A stretch of DNA of 64,000 nucleotides from the human T2T-CHM13v2.0 reference genome, Homo sapiens: NCBI RefSeq assembly GCF_009914755.1, contig NC_060935.1; one strand, 5' to 3'. Shown in pieces: positions 16,389 through 33,986 of the stretch (within the stretch, counting starts at the first letter, position 1; each line of letters starts with the position of its first letter). A program made the position numbers and the translations under genes. The notes under the pieces are model-generated. The model saw nothing but the letters and a program-made list of their open reading frames with translations. It had not been told where the DNA came from and ran no database searches.

Positions 16389-19300
16389 CTGTGTGGGCAC
16401 AGAGAACAAGGGCCTGAGACCAGGCAGCCCATGGAGCCCCAGCAGCAGCCCACTGCCCCGGCCAGGGCACACAGCTGGCAGGGAGCTCAGAGAGAGCCAG
16501 GCCACTCACAGAGCCATTTTACAGATAGGGAAACTGAGGCCTTGAGAGGCCCAGGATGTGGATCAAGGTTGAACAGTGAGTGAAGGGACTTCCTGGGTCT
16601 GGGGTACCAAAGCCAAGCTTCCCTAGGAGTGGAAATGGGCAGGGACCCACCGACTCCCCCGAATGGCACGGACAGCAGAGATATGTAGGTGAAGCCCTCA
16701 TTGCCTCCAAAGCTGCCGCTGCTGGTCCGCTCCAGCATCTGGTTCACAACCTGCCAGGGAGTGAGAAGGTGGGTGTTGGGCTCTAGTCATGAGAAGAGGG
16801 CTTGAGCCCCGCACATTCCACAGCGGAGGTGAGCCTCATCCTCACCTGCCCCTCCACCCTCTAACGGGCAATAATCTCCGCTCTAAGCATCTTCTGGGGA
16901 CAGCACCCTCTCAGTGACGGTCGGGGTGCCATGGGGGTGATTACCACCATGGCGCAAAGACCAGGAAGCCCTGCAGGATCATGGGGAGCCGGCAGCCTTG
17001 AGTCGCGACGGTGAGGTTAGGATGCTGCAGTGTGGTATGCGGGCCCCACCGCGACCCGCTGGGCTCTATCAGGCCCCTGCTCTGCTCTGTCCCTGACCTC
17101 CATTCCGGGCCTCTGCTTGCCTGTGCAGAACCTTTGCACAGTCCAAGTGCAGGCTGCTCTGGCCAGGACAGAGGATGGACCCGCTAAGTGTCTGGTGGGT
17201 TTGGACCCTGTCCTCTCTGCCAGGCATCCTTGCGCCGGATGCAGTGGTACCAGGTGGCCTAGATATAGTCACCCTTGAGGCATCTGCTGCTCTAAAGCCT
17301 TGCTGGGAAGGGCTGTGAAAGGAAAGGTGCCAGTCTGTGCCCCTTTCAGCCCCTCCATTGCCCCCAACCCGGCCGCACCCCCACCTGGCTGCTGTTGGAG
17401 AAGGCGTACAGGGCCAGGGGCTTCTCCTGCCGGTTGATGAACTTGATGGCCTCGTCCACGCTCTGCACGTTCACGATGGGCAGGATGGGCCCGAAGATCT
17501 CCTCCTGCATCACAGGCTCCGTCTCCTGCACGTCCACCAGCACCGTGGGGGCTGCGGGCACCAGAGACGGCTCAGCCCTGGGGCCACAGTCAGGACTGCC
17601 CCCAGGGGTAGGGTAGAGGTGGGGACAGGGGCATGGGCCAGGGCTCCAGGCCAGGATCCCAAGGTCTGACTTCCCAGCGCTTCAGGCTTTGGAGTGTTTA
17701 GGGAAGAAAGTTTCCCCACAGCCCCCCAGAAGGGACCCTAGGGCTTCCCCAGCCTGCTCAGGGCCTGTGGGGCGCAGAGAATCCCCCGACCTTGGTCTCA
17801 CAGTCAGGGGTGATGGGATCTTAGAACCTTGGAGTTCATGAGGCAGCAGCGTCCCAGAATGTTGGAGCTGCAGTGTCCCATGAGCTGCTGAGTCATACGG
17901 CCCAGGAGACTGGGGGCTCAGGATGGGGCCGTCAGAGTTTAGAACCTGGGGATCATGGGCTCGGAGAATCAGAGGTTACGGCCTTTCAGGACAGCCAGTG
18001 GTGGGATGGGAATTCACCTTAGCACGCTGGGCCCTGGAGCCCTGGAATCTGAGCTCAGTGAATCCAGGGCTGAGGGACCAGAGTATGGCCTCATGGGGCC
18101 ACAGGCTCAGAAGCACAGAGACGGAATCGTGGCACCAGAGCCATGGCTCAAGGCCGGGCTCTGATAGTGGGGCCGGGTTTCAGGTGCGAGTCCAGACTCG
18201 TGGCCCAGCCGTGGGCCCTCCATTGAGAAAGGGTCTTGGCCCAGGTGGGCTGCGGTAGGGCAGCAGGACTCACCGATGTAGCGATCGCTCTCGTTGCTCT
18301 GGCCCCCAATGGCCACGCGGCCGCAGCCCAGCAATGCCCGCAGCCGCTGGAACTGTTTCTGGTTGATGATGCGGCCCAGGTTTGGGGAGCTCTGGGGGTC
18401 GTCGCCATAGAAACGGGTGATGGTGCTCTGCAGGGCGGGCAGCAGCCTCTCCTGCATCTCGGGGCTGCACAGGACGTAGTCAGGGGCCACGCAGGTCTGG
18501 CCGGCATTGAAGTAGCAGAACCAGGCCACGCGGTTGGCCACGGTCTGGGGGTCGCAGTTGTCGTCCACGTAGCAGGGGTTCTTGCCCCCCAGCTCCAGGG
18601 TGACAGGCGTCAGGTGCTTGGTGGCAGCAGTCATGACAATCTTGCCCACACGAGGGCTCCCTGGGCGTGGAAGGAAACCAGAGTGGCCAGTCAGTGACCT
18701 GGACCAGGCAGGATGGCCCAGCCCAGAGCCTGCTCCTCCCTGGAGAGGTGTTGGAGTCGGCGGGCTTCCTAGGGACATGGTGAGGAGACCCCATCCTCAA
18801 CTGGCCTTGACCACACACTCCAGGCACCTGACTCTTGCCCGCTTTCTTCATAGAAAGTCCTGGCCCGCCTCACCCTTCTCCTGGCCGGTCTGGCTCACCC
18901 ACTGGGACCTGCCTCCAGCCTGGCCACTCCTGGATCCAATTGCTGCAATGTGCCCAGGGCGTGGCCTATGCAGGCAGACGGACTCTGTGCCAGCTCCAGC
19001 TCCCCACGTGCCCCCACTGCTGGCCCCAGCCTCCTCCCTCCACAACCCTCCCACCCTCTCTCCTGATGATCCCCTCCACCTACTCTGGGACCCTGGCCTG
19101 GCCCCCTCACCTGTGAAGAAGATGTAGTCCAACTTGTGCTCTAGCAGCTGCCCTGTCTCCTGGGGTCCGCCCAGCACCACGGCAAAGCAGCTCTGCAAGG
19201 TGGAATGAGAGGCTCGGGGCGGGCTCGGGGGCCAGCCGGGCCTCCTCAGCCCACAGGGGTGATATATGGGGACGTCAGGCACTGCTGGGGCAGGGCCACC

Positions 19301-19925
19301 CTCACCTGGTCCAGGTACTGGGGCAGCACCTCAGCCAGGACCTTCTCTGTGCCCTGGCTGATTTCTGACGGCTTCAGCACCACGCAATTCCCTGCAGGGG
19401 CAGATGGGGACGTCGTTGGGGGAGCCCAGGGTCCCCATGCCCAACCAGGGGCTGGGCTCAGAGGGCATGTGAGGCCCAGGGTACCTCAGAGCAAGATTCC
19501 AGGGGCCTCTTTGGGAGGGGCTACTGGGTGGGGAGAGCATGGGGTTCGGAACGCCCTCCTCACCTGCGGCGAGGGCGCCCACCAGGAGCACCAGGGTCAG
19601 GTTCAGTGGGTAGTTCCAGGGTGCGATGATGAGGACCAGGCCAAAGGGTTCCTTCCAGATGAAGACCGAGTCCAGCTTCATGAACTGAGGCACAGGGTAG
19701 ACAGTGAGGCCCTGCCAAGGGCCACCCCAAAGCCCACCCACTGCACACTTGGGGCCTCAGCTCCCTGTGCGATGGAATCCCAGGAGAGACGAGAAAATCA
19801 GTGACTCGCCCGGGGCCTCAGGGGCAGAAGGGGGCCTGGGCCAGAGCTACCCGGTGCCCTGCCCTGCCCTCCTGCCGCCTGCCAGCAGGGCTCACCAGGT
19901 TCGTGGACCGTGGTTCATCCTTCAT
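16204..19925 (-). CDS. ALDH3B2: Aldehyde dehydrogenase 3 family member B2, 385 aa, 8 coding exons
   Basis: Exon parts of 30+121+86+82+387+167+100+185 = 1158 nt, all GT-AG and in frame. [25 protein letters not shown]...LELGGKNP (Glu)...[12 protein letters not shown] (catalytic Cys)...EEIFGP...SQSCTLL*. Confidence 0.97.
16651..16750 (-). CDS. ALDH3B2: ALDH3B2 exon ([12 protein letters not shown]...PFGGV)
   Basis: 100 nt with AG/GT boundaries. Confidence 0.95.
17385..17551 (-). CDS. ALDH3B2: ALDH3B2 exon (APTVLVDV...EEIFGP...FSNSSQ)
   Basis: 167 nt with AG/GT boundaries. Confidence 0.95.
18274..18660 (-). CDS. ALDH3B2: ALDH3B2 catalytic exon (GSPRVGK...LELGGKNP...GQTCVAPDY...DRYI)
   Basis: 387 nt with AG/GT boundaries; contains both ALDH active-site signatures. 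Confidence 0.97.
19111..19192 (-). CDS. ALDH3B2: ALDH3B2 exon (SCFAVVLGG...YIFFTG)
   Basis: 82 nt with AG/GT boundaries. Confidence 0.95.
19306..19391 (-). CDS. ALDH3B2: ALDH3B2 exon ([10 protein letters not shown]...PQYLDQ)
   Basis: 86 nt with AG/GT boundaries. Confidence 0.95.
19564..19684 (-). CDS. ALDH3B2: ALDH3B2 exon (FMKLDSVF...PWNYP...ALAA)
   Basis: 121 nt with AG/GT boundaries. Confidence 0.95.
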
Positions 19926-20006
19926 CCAGGCCTGAAGGTTCTTGAGAGCGTAGTCAACCTCGTTCTGGCAAAGGATGAGCTCAGATATGTCTGCCTCGAA
20001 AGCTGG
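19896..20006 (-). CDS. ALDH3B2: ALDH3B2 exon ([37 protein letters not shown]); 385-aa start ATG at 19925
   Basis: 111 nt, fully open, homologous to the ALDH3 N-terminal region; AG/GT boundaries. Confidence 0.92.
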
Positions 20007-20463
20007 CTGTGGTGGAGGTGGAATTCAGAGTGGTCAGGCCCAGACCTGGGCCAGGAGGGGTCTAGAATTTGAGGAGGGCACACGCAGGCACCACCACCAC
20101 TGGACATATAAATACAGCTCCTATGGGAGGCACTGCCGTCCCCTGGGAACTGCGCATGGCTGCAATTCTGATCTGTGACTTCCTGGCTGTGTGGCCTTGG
20201 GCAAGCGATGTTAACCCCTGAGTGCCTCAGTTTCCTCATCTGCAACATGGGGACAGCCATGGAGCCTGCATCACAGGGTGGCTTGTGAGTGTTCAGGAGT
20301 GAAGGTCAGGTGCCTGCCACACTCCACATGCCAGGGAGGGGGTCTGTTAAACAAACAGGAATAAAACTAGGGACATAGCCAGTCACTAGGGGGCACGGGC
20401 CCTCCTGAAAGAGGACAGGGACGCTGCTCCAGCCCCTGCCCGGGCCCACTCTCCATGGCCCAC

Positions 20464-20626
20464 CTTATGCAGGTCCTGGGCCAGCACGTCGCGCAGAAGC
20501 TGCTTGTTTTCTTGAAGGAAGTGGCCCAGGCCCTGGAGCTGCGCAGCCCGGAACTCGGCCGGCCGCGTGCGCCCTCAGTTGAAGGCCTCACGCAGCCGCC
20601 GCAGCGTGTCCTCGAAGGGGTCCATC
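20464..20626 (-). other. ALDH3B2: ALDH3B2 ancestral coding exon with an in-frame TGA (MDPFEDTLRRLREAFN*GRTRPAEFR...DLHK)
   Basis: gcag|G ATG at 20625; TGA at 20577-20575; donor AAG|gtgggc; collinear with the ALDH3B1 N-terminus. Confidence 0.92.
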
Positions 20627-21510
20627 CTGCCGGATGGGGTGGCTTGAACTGGGTGGCCAGGGCTGCCCCTCCTTCACGGGCACCCTCCAGCCACCCCAGG
20701 GTCTGCACACCCTTGCCCCACCTGCACCCATGGGGGCTCACAGACACCCCACCTCATACACACACAGACCCACTCGAATGACCCCACGGGGCTGGGGCTG
20801 CCTGCACCACCCCCAACTCACCTGCCTCCCAGGTGTGCCCATGAGGGAGGGCCCTGGGCTTGACCTCCCCCACTCCAGGGAGGGGATCCCCCTCCTGGAC
20901 GCCCACCCTGGAAGCCCAACACACACACCTCGGGTGACCCTGCTGCCCACCATCCCAGCTCTTCCCTGCACCTCCCCTCCTTGCGCAGACACACACCCAC
21001 CCACGCTGGCACCTTGCCACCCCTACACCCAGACCACTCAGATGGAACAGAGCTCTCCCCTGGGCCTCCCTCCCTTCTGGGACTAAACGAGGGACTCGGA
21101 GGGTTCTTTGCTTCAGAGATCACAGAGCTTTGAGGTCGCAGATGGGGAAACTGAAGCCATAGGCATGCCCTAGCCCTGAGGAGGGTTTGGCACCTGCTCT
21201 GGGGAGGGGGTGGCACTCTGCTGGTCGTAGAAGGAAGCAGAAGCAGAGGAGAGAGCTCCGGGGCTGGTATGGGTGGGCACAGGTGCAGGTGGGGGTAGGT
21301 TGGCAGAGCTGAGACTGCCCCAGGGCATGAACCCCTCTGGGCTTTAGCCTGAGGGCCCAAGGGAACCCCAGTGGGGTCTGGAGAGGAGGAAGGATCAGGA
21401 CCCTGGGGGTGGGGGAAGGGGCTCAGGGGGACACTCAAGAGGATTGCCAGGCACCTAGCAACGGGATTCCGAGCATCCCAGCCCAGGGGCTCAAGGATGG
21501 TGCGCAAATC

Positions 21511-23332
21511 CTGTGTCTTTGTGTATCCGTGTGTCTGTGTGTGTCTTTGTGTATCCGTGTGTCTGTGTGTTTCTTTGTGTCTGTGTGTCTTTGTATAGCT
21601 TTGTGTCTTTGTGTGTCTATGTGTGTGTGTGTGTATGGCTGTCTGTCTTTGTGTGTGTATGGGTGTCTGTGTGTGTCTGTGTATGTATGGGTACTGTGTG
21701 TCTTTGTGTGTATGGGTGTCTGTGTGTGTCTGTGTATGTATGGGTGCTGTGTGTCTTTGTGTGTATGGGTGTCTGTGTGTGTCTGTGTATGTATGGGTGC
21801 TGTGTGTCTTTGTGTGTATGGGTGTCTGTGTGTGTCTGTGTATGTATGGGTGCTGTGTGTCTTTGTGTGTATGGGTGTCTGTGTGTGTATGGGTGCTGTG
21901 TGTCTGTATGTGTATGGGAGTCTGTGTGTATGGGTGTGTGTATGTGTGTATGGGTGTCTGTGTCTCTTTGTGTGTATGGGTGTCTGTGTGTGTATGTGTA
22001 TATGGGTGTCTGTGTCTCTTTGTGTGTATGGATGTCTGTGTCTCTGCGTGTATGGGTGTCTGTGTGTCTTCGTGTGTCCGTGTGTCTTTGTGTGTCTGTG
22101 TGTCTTTGTGTGGGTGTCTGTGTTTCTTTGTGTGTCTGTGTGTCTTTGTGTTCTGTGCATCTTCATGTGTATGGCTATGTGTGTGTCTGTGTCTTTGTGT
22201 GCCTTTCTGTGTATGGGTGTCTGTGTGTGTGTGTCTGTGTGTGTATGGATGTCTGTGTGTGTGTATGGGTGTTTGTGTATGGATGTCTGTGTGTCTGTGT
22301 CTGTATGGGTGTCTGTGTATGTATCAGTGTCTGTGTGTCTATGGGTGTCTGTGTGTCTGTGTGTGTATGGGTGCTGTGTCCATGTGTGTCTGTGTATGGG
22401 TGCTGTATGTGTATGGGTGTGTGTGTCCATGTGTGTCTGTGTGTGTATGGATGTCTGTGTGTGTATGGGTGTTTGTGTATGGATGTCTGTGTGTCTGCGT
22501 GTGTATGGGTGTCTGTGTATGTATCAGTGCCTGTGTGTCTATGGGTGTCTGTGTGTCTGTGTGTCTGTGTGTGTATGGGTGCTGTGTCCATGTGTGTCTG
22601 TGTATGGGTGTTATATGTGTATGGGTGTGTGTGTCCATGTGTGTCTATGTGTGTATGGGTGTGTCTGTATGTGTATGGGTGTCTGTGTGTGTATGGGTGT
22701 CTGTGTGCGTATGGGTGTCTGTGTGTGTATGGGTGTCTGTGTCCACGTGTGTCTGTGTGTGTATGGGTGTCTGTGTGTGTATGGGTGTGTGTGTCCACGT
22801 GTGTCTGTGTGTGTATGGGTGTCTGTGTGTGTATGGGTGTGTGTGTCCACGTGTGTCTGTGTGTGTATGGGTGTCTGCGTATGGGTGTGTGTGTCCACGT
22901 GTGTCTGTGTGTGTATGGGTGTCTGCGTATGGGTGTGTGTGTCCACGTGTGTCTGTGTGTGTATGGGTGTCTGCGTATGGGTGTGTGTCCACGTGTGTCT
23001 GTGTGTGTATGGGTGTCTGTATGTGTATGGGTGTGTGTGTCCACGTGTGTCTGTGTGTGTATGGGTGTCTGTATGTGTATGGGTGTGTGTGTCCACGTGT
23101 GTCTGTGTGTGTATGGGTGTCTGTGTGTGTGTATGGGTGTCTGTGTGTGTATGGGTGTCTGTGTCCACGTGTGTCTGTGTGTGTATGGGTGTCTGTGTGT
23201 GTATGGGTGTGTGTGTCCACGTGTGTCTGTGTGTGTATGGGTGTCTGTATGCGTATGGGTGTGTGTGTCCATGTGTGTCTGTGTGTGTATGGGTGTCTGT
23301 GTCCATGTGTGTCGTGTGTGTGTCTGCGTGTG
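21511..23332. repeat. 1.8-kb TG-rich tandem array (GTGTATGGGTGTCTGT-type units with ~50-bp higher-order repeats) in the ALDH3B2 intron
   Basis: Read directly from the sequence; it explains the long Cys/Val and His/Thr ORFs. Confidence 0.97.
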
Positions 23333-24278
23333 GACTTGAGTAATCTCAGCCCTCAGTTGCAGGTCACAGGGCCGTGCCCAGGGCTGCTGCCTCAGACCCG
23401 CATTGCTGAGGGCAGTGGGGGTGGGTGGTGAGCAGGGCCTTGGCATCCCCAGTGAGTGTCCTGGAGGCCAGTGGCCCCATCTGCACTTGCACCGCACCAG
23501 GCATTCTTGTCATATGTGATGCAGGGACAGTGCTCGCCCATGGACAGAGCCAGCTGAACCAATGGCAGAAGTCCGTGTCTTGTGAATGACAAGATGAGGA
23601 GAGCAGCCCCTGCCCGGCTCAGGTCCCAGCTGAAGAATGTGAGGAGACAGGAAGCCATGCTGGGCACCTTCCCGGCCACACCTGCAGATGCCGCCTCCCT
23701 CCCCTGGGCAGCGTGATCACATTCCTGGCACAGGACCCCCACACTCAGTGTGCGGCCCCCCCGCATGAGGGCCTGGAGGAGGACGCAGCATACAGGGCTC
23801 TGCAAATATTCATCTACTGTCTTTGCTCAAGCCCTTGGGCTAGAACCTGGGTGGGGCCTGGGCCCTTCTCTGGTAGCGGGCGGTATTGGCCTGGAGCGCT
23901 TCCAGGTCCCAGGTTCCAGGGCCCTGACCCAAAGCTTTGCCTGGCATGCGAGCATCAGCAGCCTCCACCCGGCGCTCAAGCAGCTCCTGGCCACATCAGC
24001 TCAGCTCTAACCTCTTCCATGGCTCCCTGGTGCCTTTGGAGGGATGACCGCCTCCGGCCTGAATCAAGACCCGGATTGGAGGAGTCTGGGATGAGCTATG
24101 GCACACAGGTGTCCTGATGTTCATCCCAGGAACCTGGCCTCAGCGTGGTCACAGCTTTCCCAGGTGAGGCAGGTGGGGCAGAGGAACCCCTGCCCTTTCT
24201 GGGCAGTCGTCGCCTGTCCTCACATGTGCACATCTGGTGCTCGGTGAAATAATCACGGAGCCAGCAGCATCTGCCTGA

Positions 24279-26194
<1,916 letters not shown>

Positions 26195-27367
26195 CTGGGG
26201 ACCCCTGGCTGCTCACCAGGCAGTTCCTGACTGGACCTGGGTCCCATAGGTGACCACCCCAGACTTGGCCAGCCCCCATGGAGCTCACAGTCTACACACG
26301 GAACAATGACACCGGAAACAATATCATTACAAACATGATCGGTGGGCCAGGGCTTCTTCCAGAGGTGGCCAGAGACCCACCCCTGGCTCTGACTGCTGCG
26401 GGGAAGCCGTAGGGGAGGGCCTCTTGGAGGGCAGGTGATCTGGACAGAGGGACCAACGTGTGCAAAAGCACTGTGGGGGCAGATGCTGAGAAATAAGACA
26501 CACAGGAAGGTGGAGGCCTGATGGGACCTGTCATATGGAGAGGGGACTCATTCCCTTGGCAGTGGCCATGCCTGGTGCAGGGCCCAGAAAGAAGTCAGAG
26601 CTGGCATCTGGGGCCAGGTAGCTGGCATGCACATCTCATCTGAGCCTCACAGCTATTATTATTACCCAGTTGGAAGGACAGGGAAACCGAGGCTCCCAGA
26701 GACGACTTGATTTGCCCTCCTCACAGCCTCAGTGCGAGGAGGGAGGCCCCCCAGCCCCTCTCCTCACACCAGCCTTGTGACACCATGTGCCAATGTGTGC
26801 CTCGTGCCTTTCACTGTCTTCTCAACATCTTCCTGCAGCTTCCAGACTTTCTAAATGCGAATGTAGTATTTCTAGAACCAGAAACAAGCAATGCATGTTG
26901 CTTTTAACATCTGAAACCAAAGATCCGACTTTTGCTTCAACTGCCAAGAATCTCTCTGCTTCCAATCCCCGATTCTCCGGCACCTCCTGATCACAGCCCT
27001 GGTGCCCCCGACCGAATCCTTGTCTGTCCACAGAGCTGCCTTCTCCTCTAACCTGGGAGCTCCTCAAAGGGAGGACGGGGTCTGTCCCCATCCCTGGGGC
27101 TCCTGGGGAACAGGCTTCATTTCTGTGGCTGCTTCCCAGGAGCCTGCCAAAGGGCAAAGTGAGGCTCAGAAGACACCAGCACCCACCTCCCTCTCCTGAG
27201 CAAGCCCCGTACCCATGGCCCCTGCAGCCATAGGCCCCTTGGTGGGCTTGCCCCCTGACCCACGGGCCACGGGCACACATCCCCTTCCCTCCATGCCCCT
27301 GGTTCCCACCAGTGTCCTTTACCCTGAGCTCCCTCTGCCCGCCCCTCACCCCTGTGGCCCCACATAC

Positions 27368-27565
27368 CCCAGCGTGGGCTCTGCCCCTGGGTCCTTCGCT
27401 GCACCTCCACTCCCTTTCTTGGACATGCTGCCTCCAGATGCGCAGGCTCTGCTCCTACCCCCAGGCCTCAGCCCTGCTCTGCTGACTGCGATCCTCCCAG
27501 GAGCCTGGCAGCTCCCAAACCAACTCCCGTGCCCACGCCTGGCAATGGGGTAATCAATGGGGTGA
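27368..27565 (-). other. ALDH3B2: ALDH3B2 upstream (proximal first) exon
   Basis: Donor CGCTGGG|gtatgt at 27367; contains ATG 27426, in frame with the next exon. It resembles the 5' leader I recall for ALDH3B2 mRNA; the 5' limit is approximate. Confidence 0.7.
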
Positions 27566-28870
27566 TGCTCAGTGTTACCCAACAGGCGTGGGGCAGGGCT
27601 GCACCTCCCAATTCCCATGCCTACCCTTGTCTCACTGCCAGGACCTATAGCTGCTCGGTGTCTGCCCTGTTCTTCCAGGGCCCTGCCCCCAGGGACCACA
27701 CTGCACAGCCGGCTTGGGAACAGGTTAGACAAGTCAAGGCTGTCTGAGGCTTTGCTCTGTGTTTCCTGGAATGGGCTAGCAGGGAGTTACCTGATCAGGA
27801 AAAAAGAACCCCAGGGGAAGGTCACAGGATGAAAATATCAGCAGGATCCTGGTGGCAAATGCTGCCTTCGCCAGGAAGTCCTCCCAGGCCCCAGCCACAG
27901 TGGTCCCATGCCCCCCATGGCCCCTCCTAGGGTCTCTATGCTAAATCTTCATCTCCCTCCTCTCCTGTCCTCACTCTTCAGGCTTCACAGGTCAAGATGA
28001 GCAACTGTGGCTCTATTTCCACTCTCAGTGTGCCCAGCTGGCATACTCAGGGCAGAGGAAGGGGCTCAGATCTTTGCAGAGAGACCCTTGATGGGCGACG
28101 GCACCTGTAGCTCTAGGATGGCGCATTGTTCATTGGTTTATTTATTTACTGTGCAACCGTGGGTAGGTTACTTAACGTCTCTGAGCCTTTCGGAAGTAAC
28201 AATAACACCTAATTGCCATGGTTCTTGAGAGGGTCACAGAGGGAGACGTGAGAATGGAAAAGGCAGATCACAGCTCCTGGCACAAAATCAGTGCCCCTCA
28301 ATGTTGCCCGCTAATGTTTCCACAAGTATTTGCTGAGCACCTTCTAGGTTCCAGGGAGCAGAATGAGCTCAGGTCCTGCCACTGTCCTTCATGGATGGCC
28401 TGACTCTGTCCCCACCCCACCTTCCCCCGAGCCTGAGACCAAGGACACGCCCTGCTGAGGGCTGTAGAGAGTCTCTTGGCAGAGTGTGCAGCCCTGTGGG
28501 CAGGAGGGACATCTGAGATAACCCTTGGTTGTGACTGGAGACAGCCCAGCGGAGGCCACAGCCTGAGACCAAGCCCTGGCCCTGGAATCTTCGGTAGCTA
28601 AAGATGTAAATGCCAATGTGACACCAGGAAGGGACCTCGGGATGGGGAAGGGAATACAGGGCAGAATGCTAAGGCCCATCTAAGAGCAGCAGATGGGTTA
28701 TGGCCACTGGGGAGGCCCACTGCCTCCAAACCACTGAATTGTACACTGTAAATGGGTGAGTTGTATGGGATGTGAATGCTATCTCAATAAGCTGTTTTGT
28801 TTTGTTTTGTTAAACTGAACTGACAAGAAGCCTGAATAGACGTAAATAAATTAAAATATGCTCAACCTCA

Positions 28871-32495
<3,625 letters not shown>

Positions 32496-33137
32496 TCAGG
32501 AGATCAAGACCATCCTAGCTAACACAGTGAAACCCTGTCTCTACTAAAAATACAAAAAATTAGCTGGGCATGGTAGCAGGCACCTGTAGTCCCAGCTACT
32601 TGGGAAGCTGAGGCAGGAGAATGGCGTGAAAAAAAAAAAAGTAAGAACCTTTAAGTTACATTTCAGAAGGCACACCATTCCCATCAAACCAAATTAATAA
32701 GAGCCTATATGACCAATCAAATCTTGCTGCATTTTATGCGAAAAAATCAGGCCAAGTATAATAAGCCTAAAACTTATTTTGCACATAAATTGGTCTTACT
32801 ATAATTTCTCTCTGGTACAAAAGGAGGGCTAGAAAGAGAAATTCTTTCAAAGGAAAATTATAACACTTATTACTAGATTCCAGCCCTGACTTTTGTTTTT
32901 GAGTGCAGATTGAATCATGAATTATCTCTTGGCTACAATAAGCCTCTAAAGAACCAGATTAGAGGCCAGGCATGGTGTCTCATGCCTGTAATCCCAGCAC
33001 TCTGGGAGGCCGAGGTGGGTGGGTCACGAGGTCAGGAGTTTGAGACCAGCCTGACCAACATGATGAAACCCCATCTCTACTAAAGATACAAAAATTAGCC
33101 GGGCGTGGTGATGCGCACCTGTAATCCCAGCTACTCA

Positions 33138-33275
<138 letters not shown>

Positions 33276-33370
33276 TCATATTTTCAGTTGGTGCCCTGAT
33301 GGAATAGATTCCTTTGTCTGTTCTGACACACAAATACTCTTAATTGTCAAATTATTATCATTATGATTGA

Positions 33371-33583
<213 letters not shown>

Positions 33584-33986
33584 TGATCCACCTGCCTCGG
33601 CTTCCCAAAGTTCTAGGATTACAGATGTGAGCCACCGCACCTGGCCAATTGTCAAATTGTTAATGTTATTTATCTCTCCTTGTTTTACCTCCAAGGAAAG
33701 CAGAATCATGGCATTCTGAAGACTAGAGATGCTAACCTCTCTCATTTGGCACCCCACTGGGCCCAATTTGCTTTTTACTGCAAATGCCCTGCTGTTGAAA
33801 CTATACAAGCACCCTCCCTCTGGGCCCAGGGACTGTTGTGGAAGAGGTGGGCACGTGACATTGTAAGGGCAGGGTTTGAGGGATATTGTTAGCTCAGATC
33901 CTCCAAATCAAGGATGGGTACACAAATGCCTAAACAGCTGGGCAAAGGACAAAGGGACTTTTGACTTCTGAGCCAATGTGTGGCAC

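Noticed and set aside
20575-20577. TGA as a selenocysteine codon
   Set aside because: The position is non-catalytic and not Cys in the paralogue as I recall it, and I could not see a SECIS element in the 3' UTR; SECISearch would settle it.
21409-23497. ORFs of 330-644 aa rich in Cys/Val or His/Thr
   Set aside because: Translations of the TG-rich tandem array, which lacks stops in all frames; no coding evidence.
26822-27349. 175-aa minus-strand ORF in the ALDH3B2 intron
   Set aside because: GC-rich chance ORF whose tail resembles an old L1M fragment; no recognisable domain.
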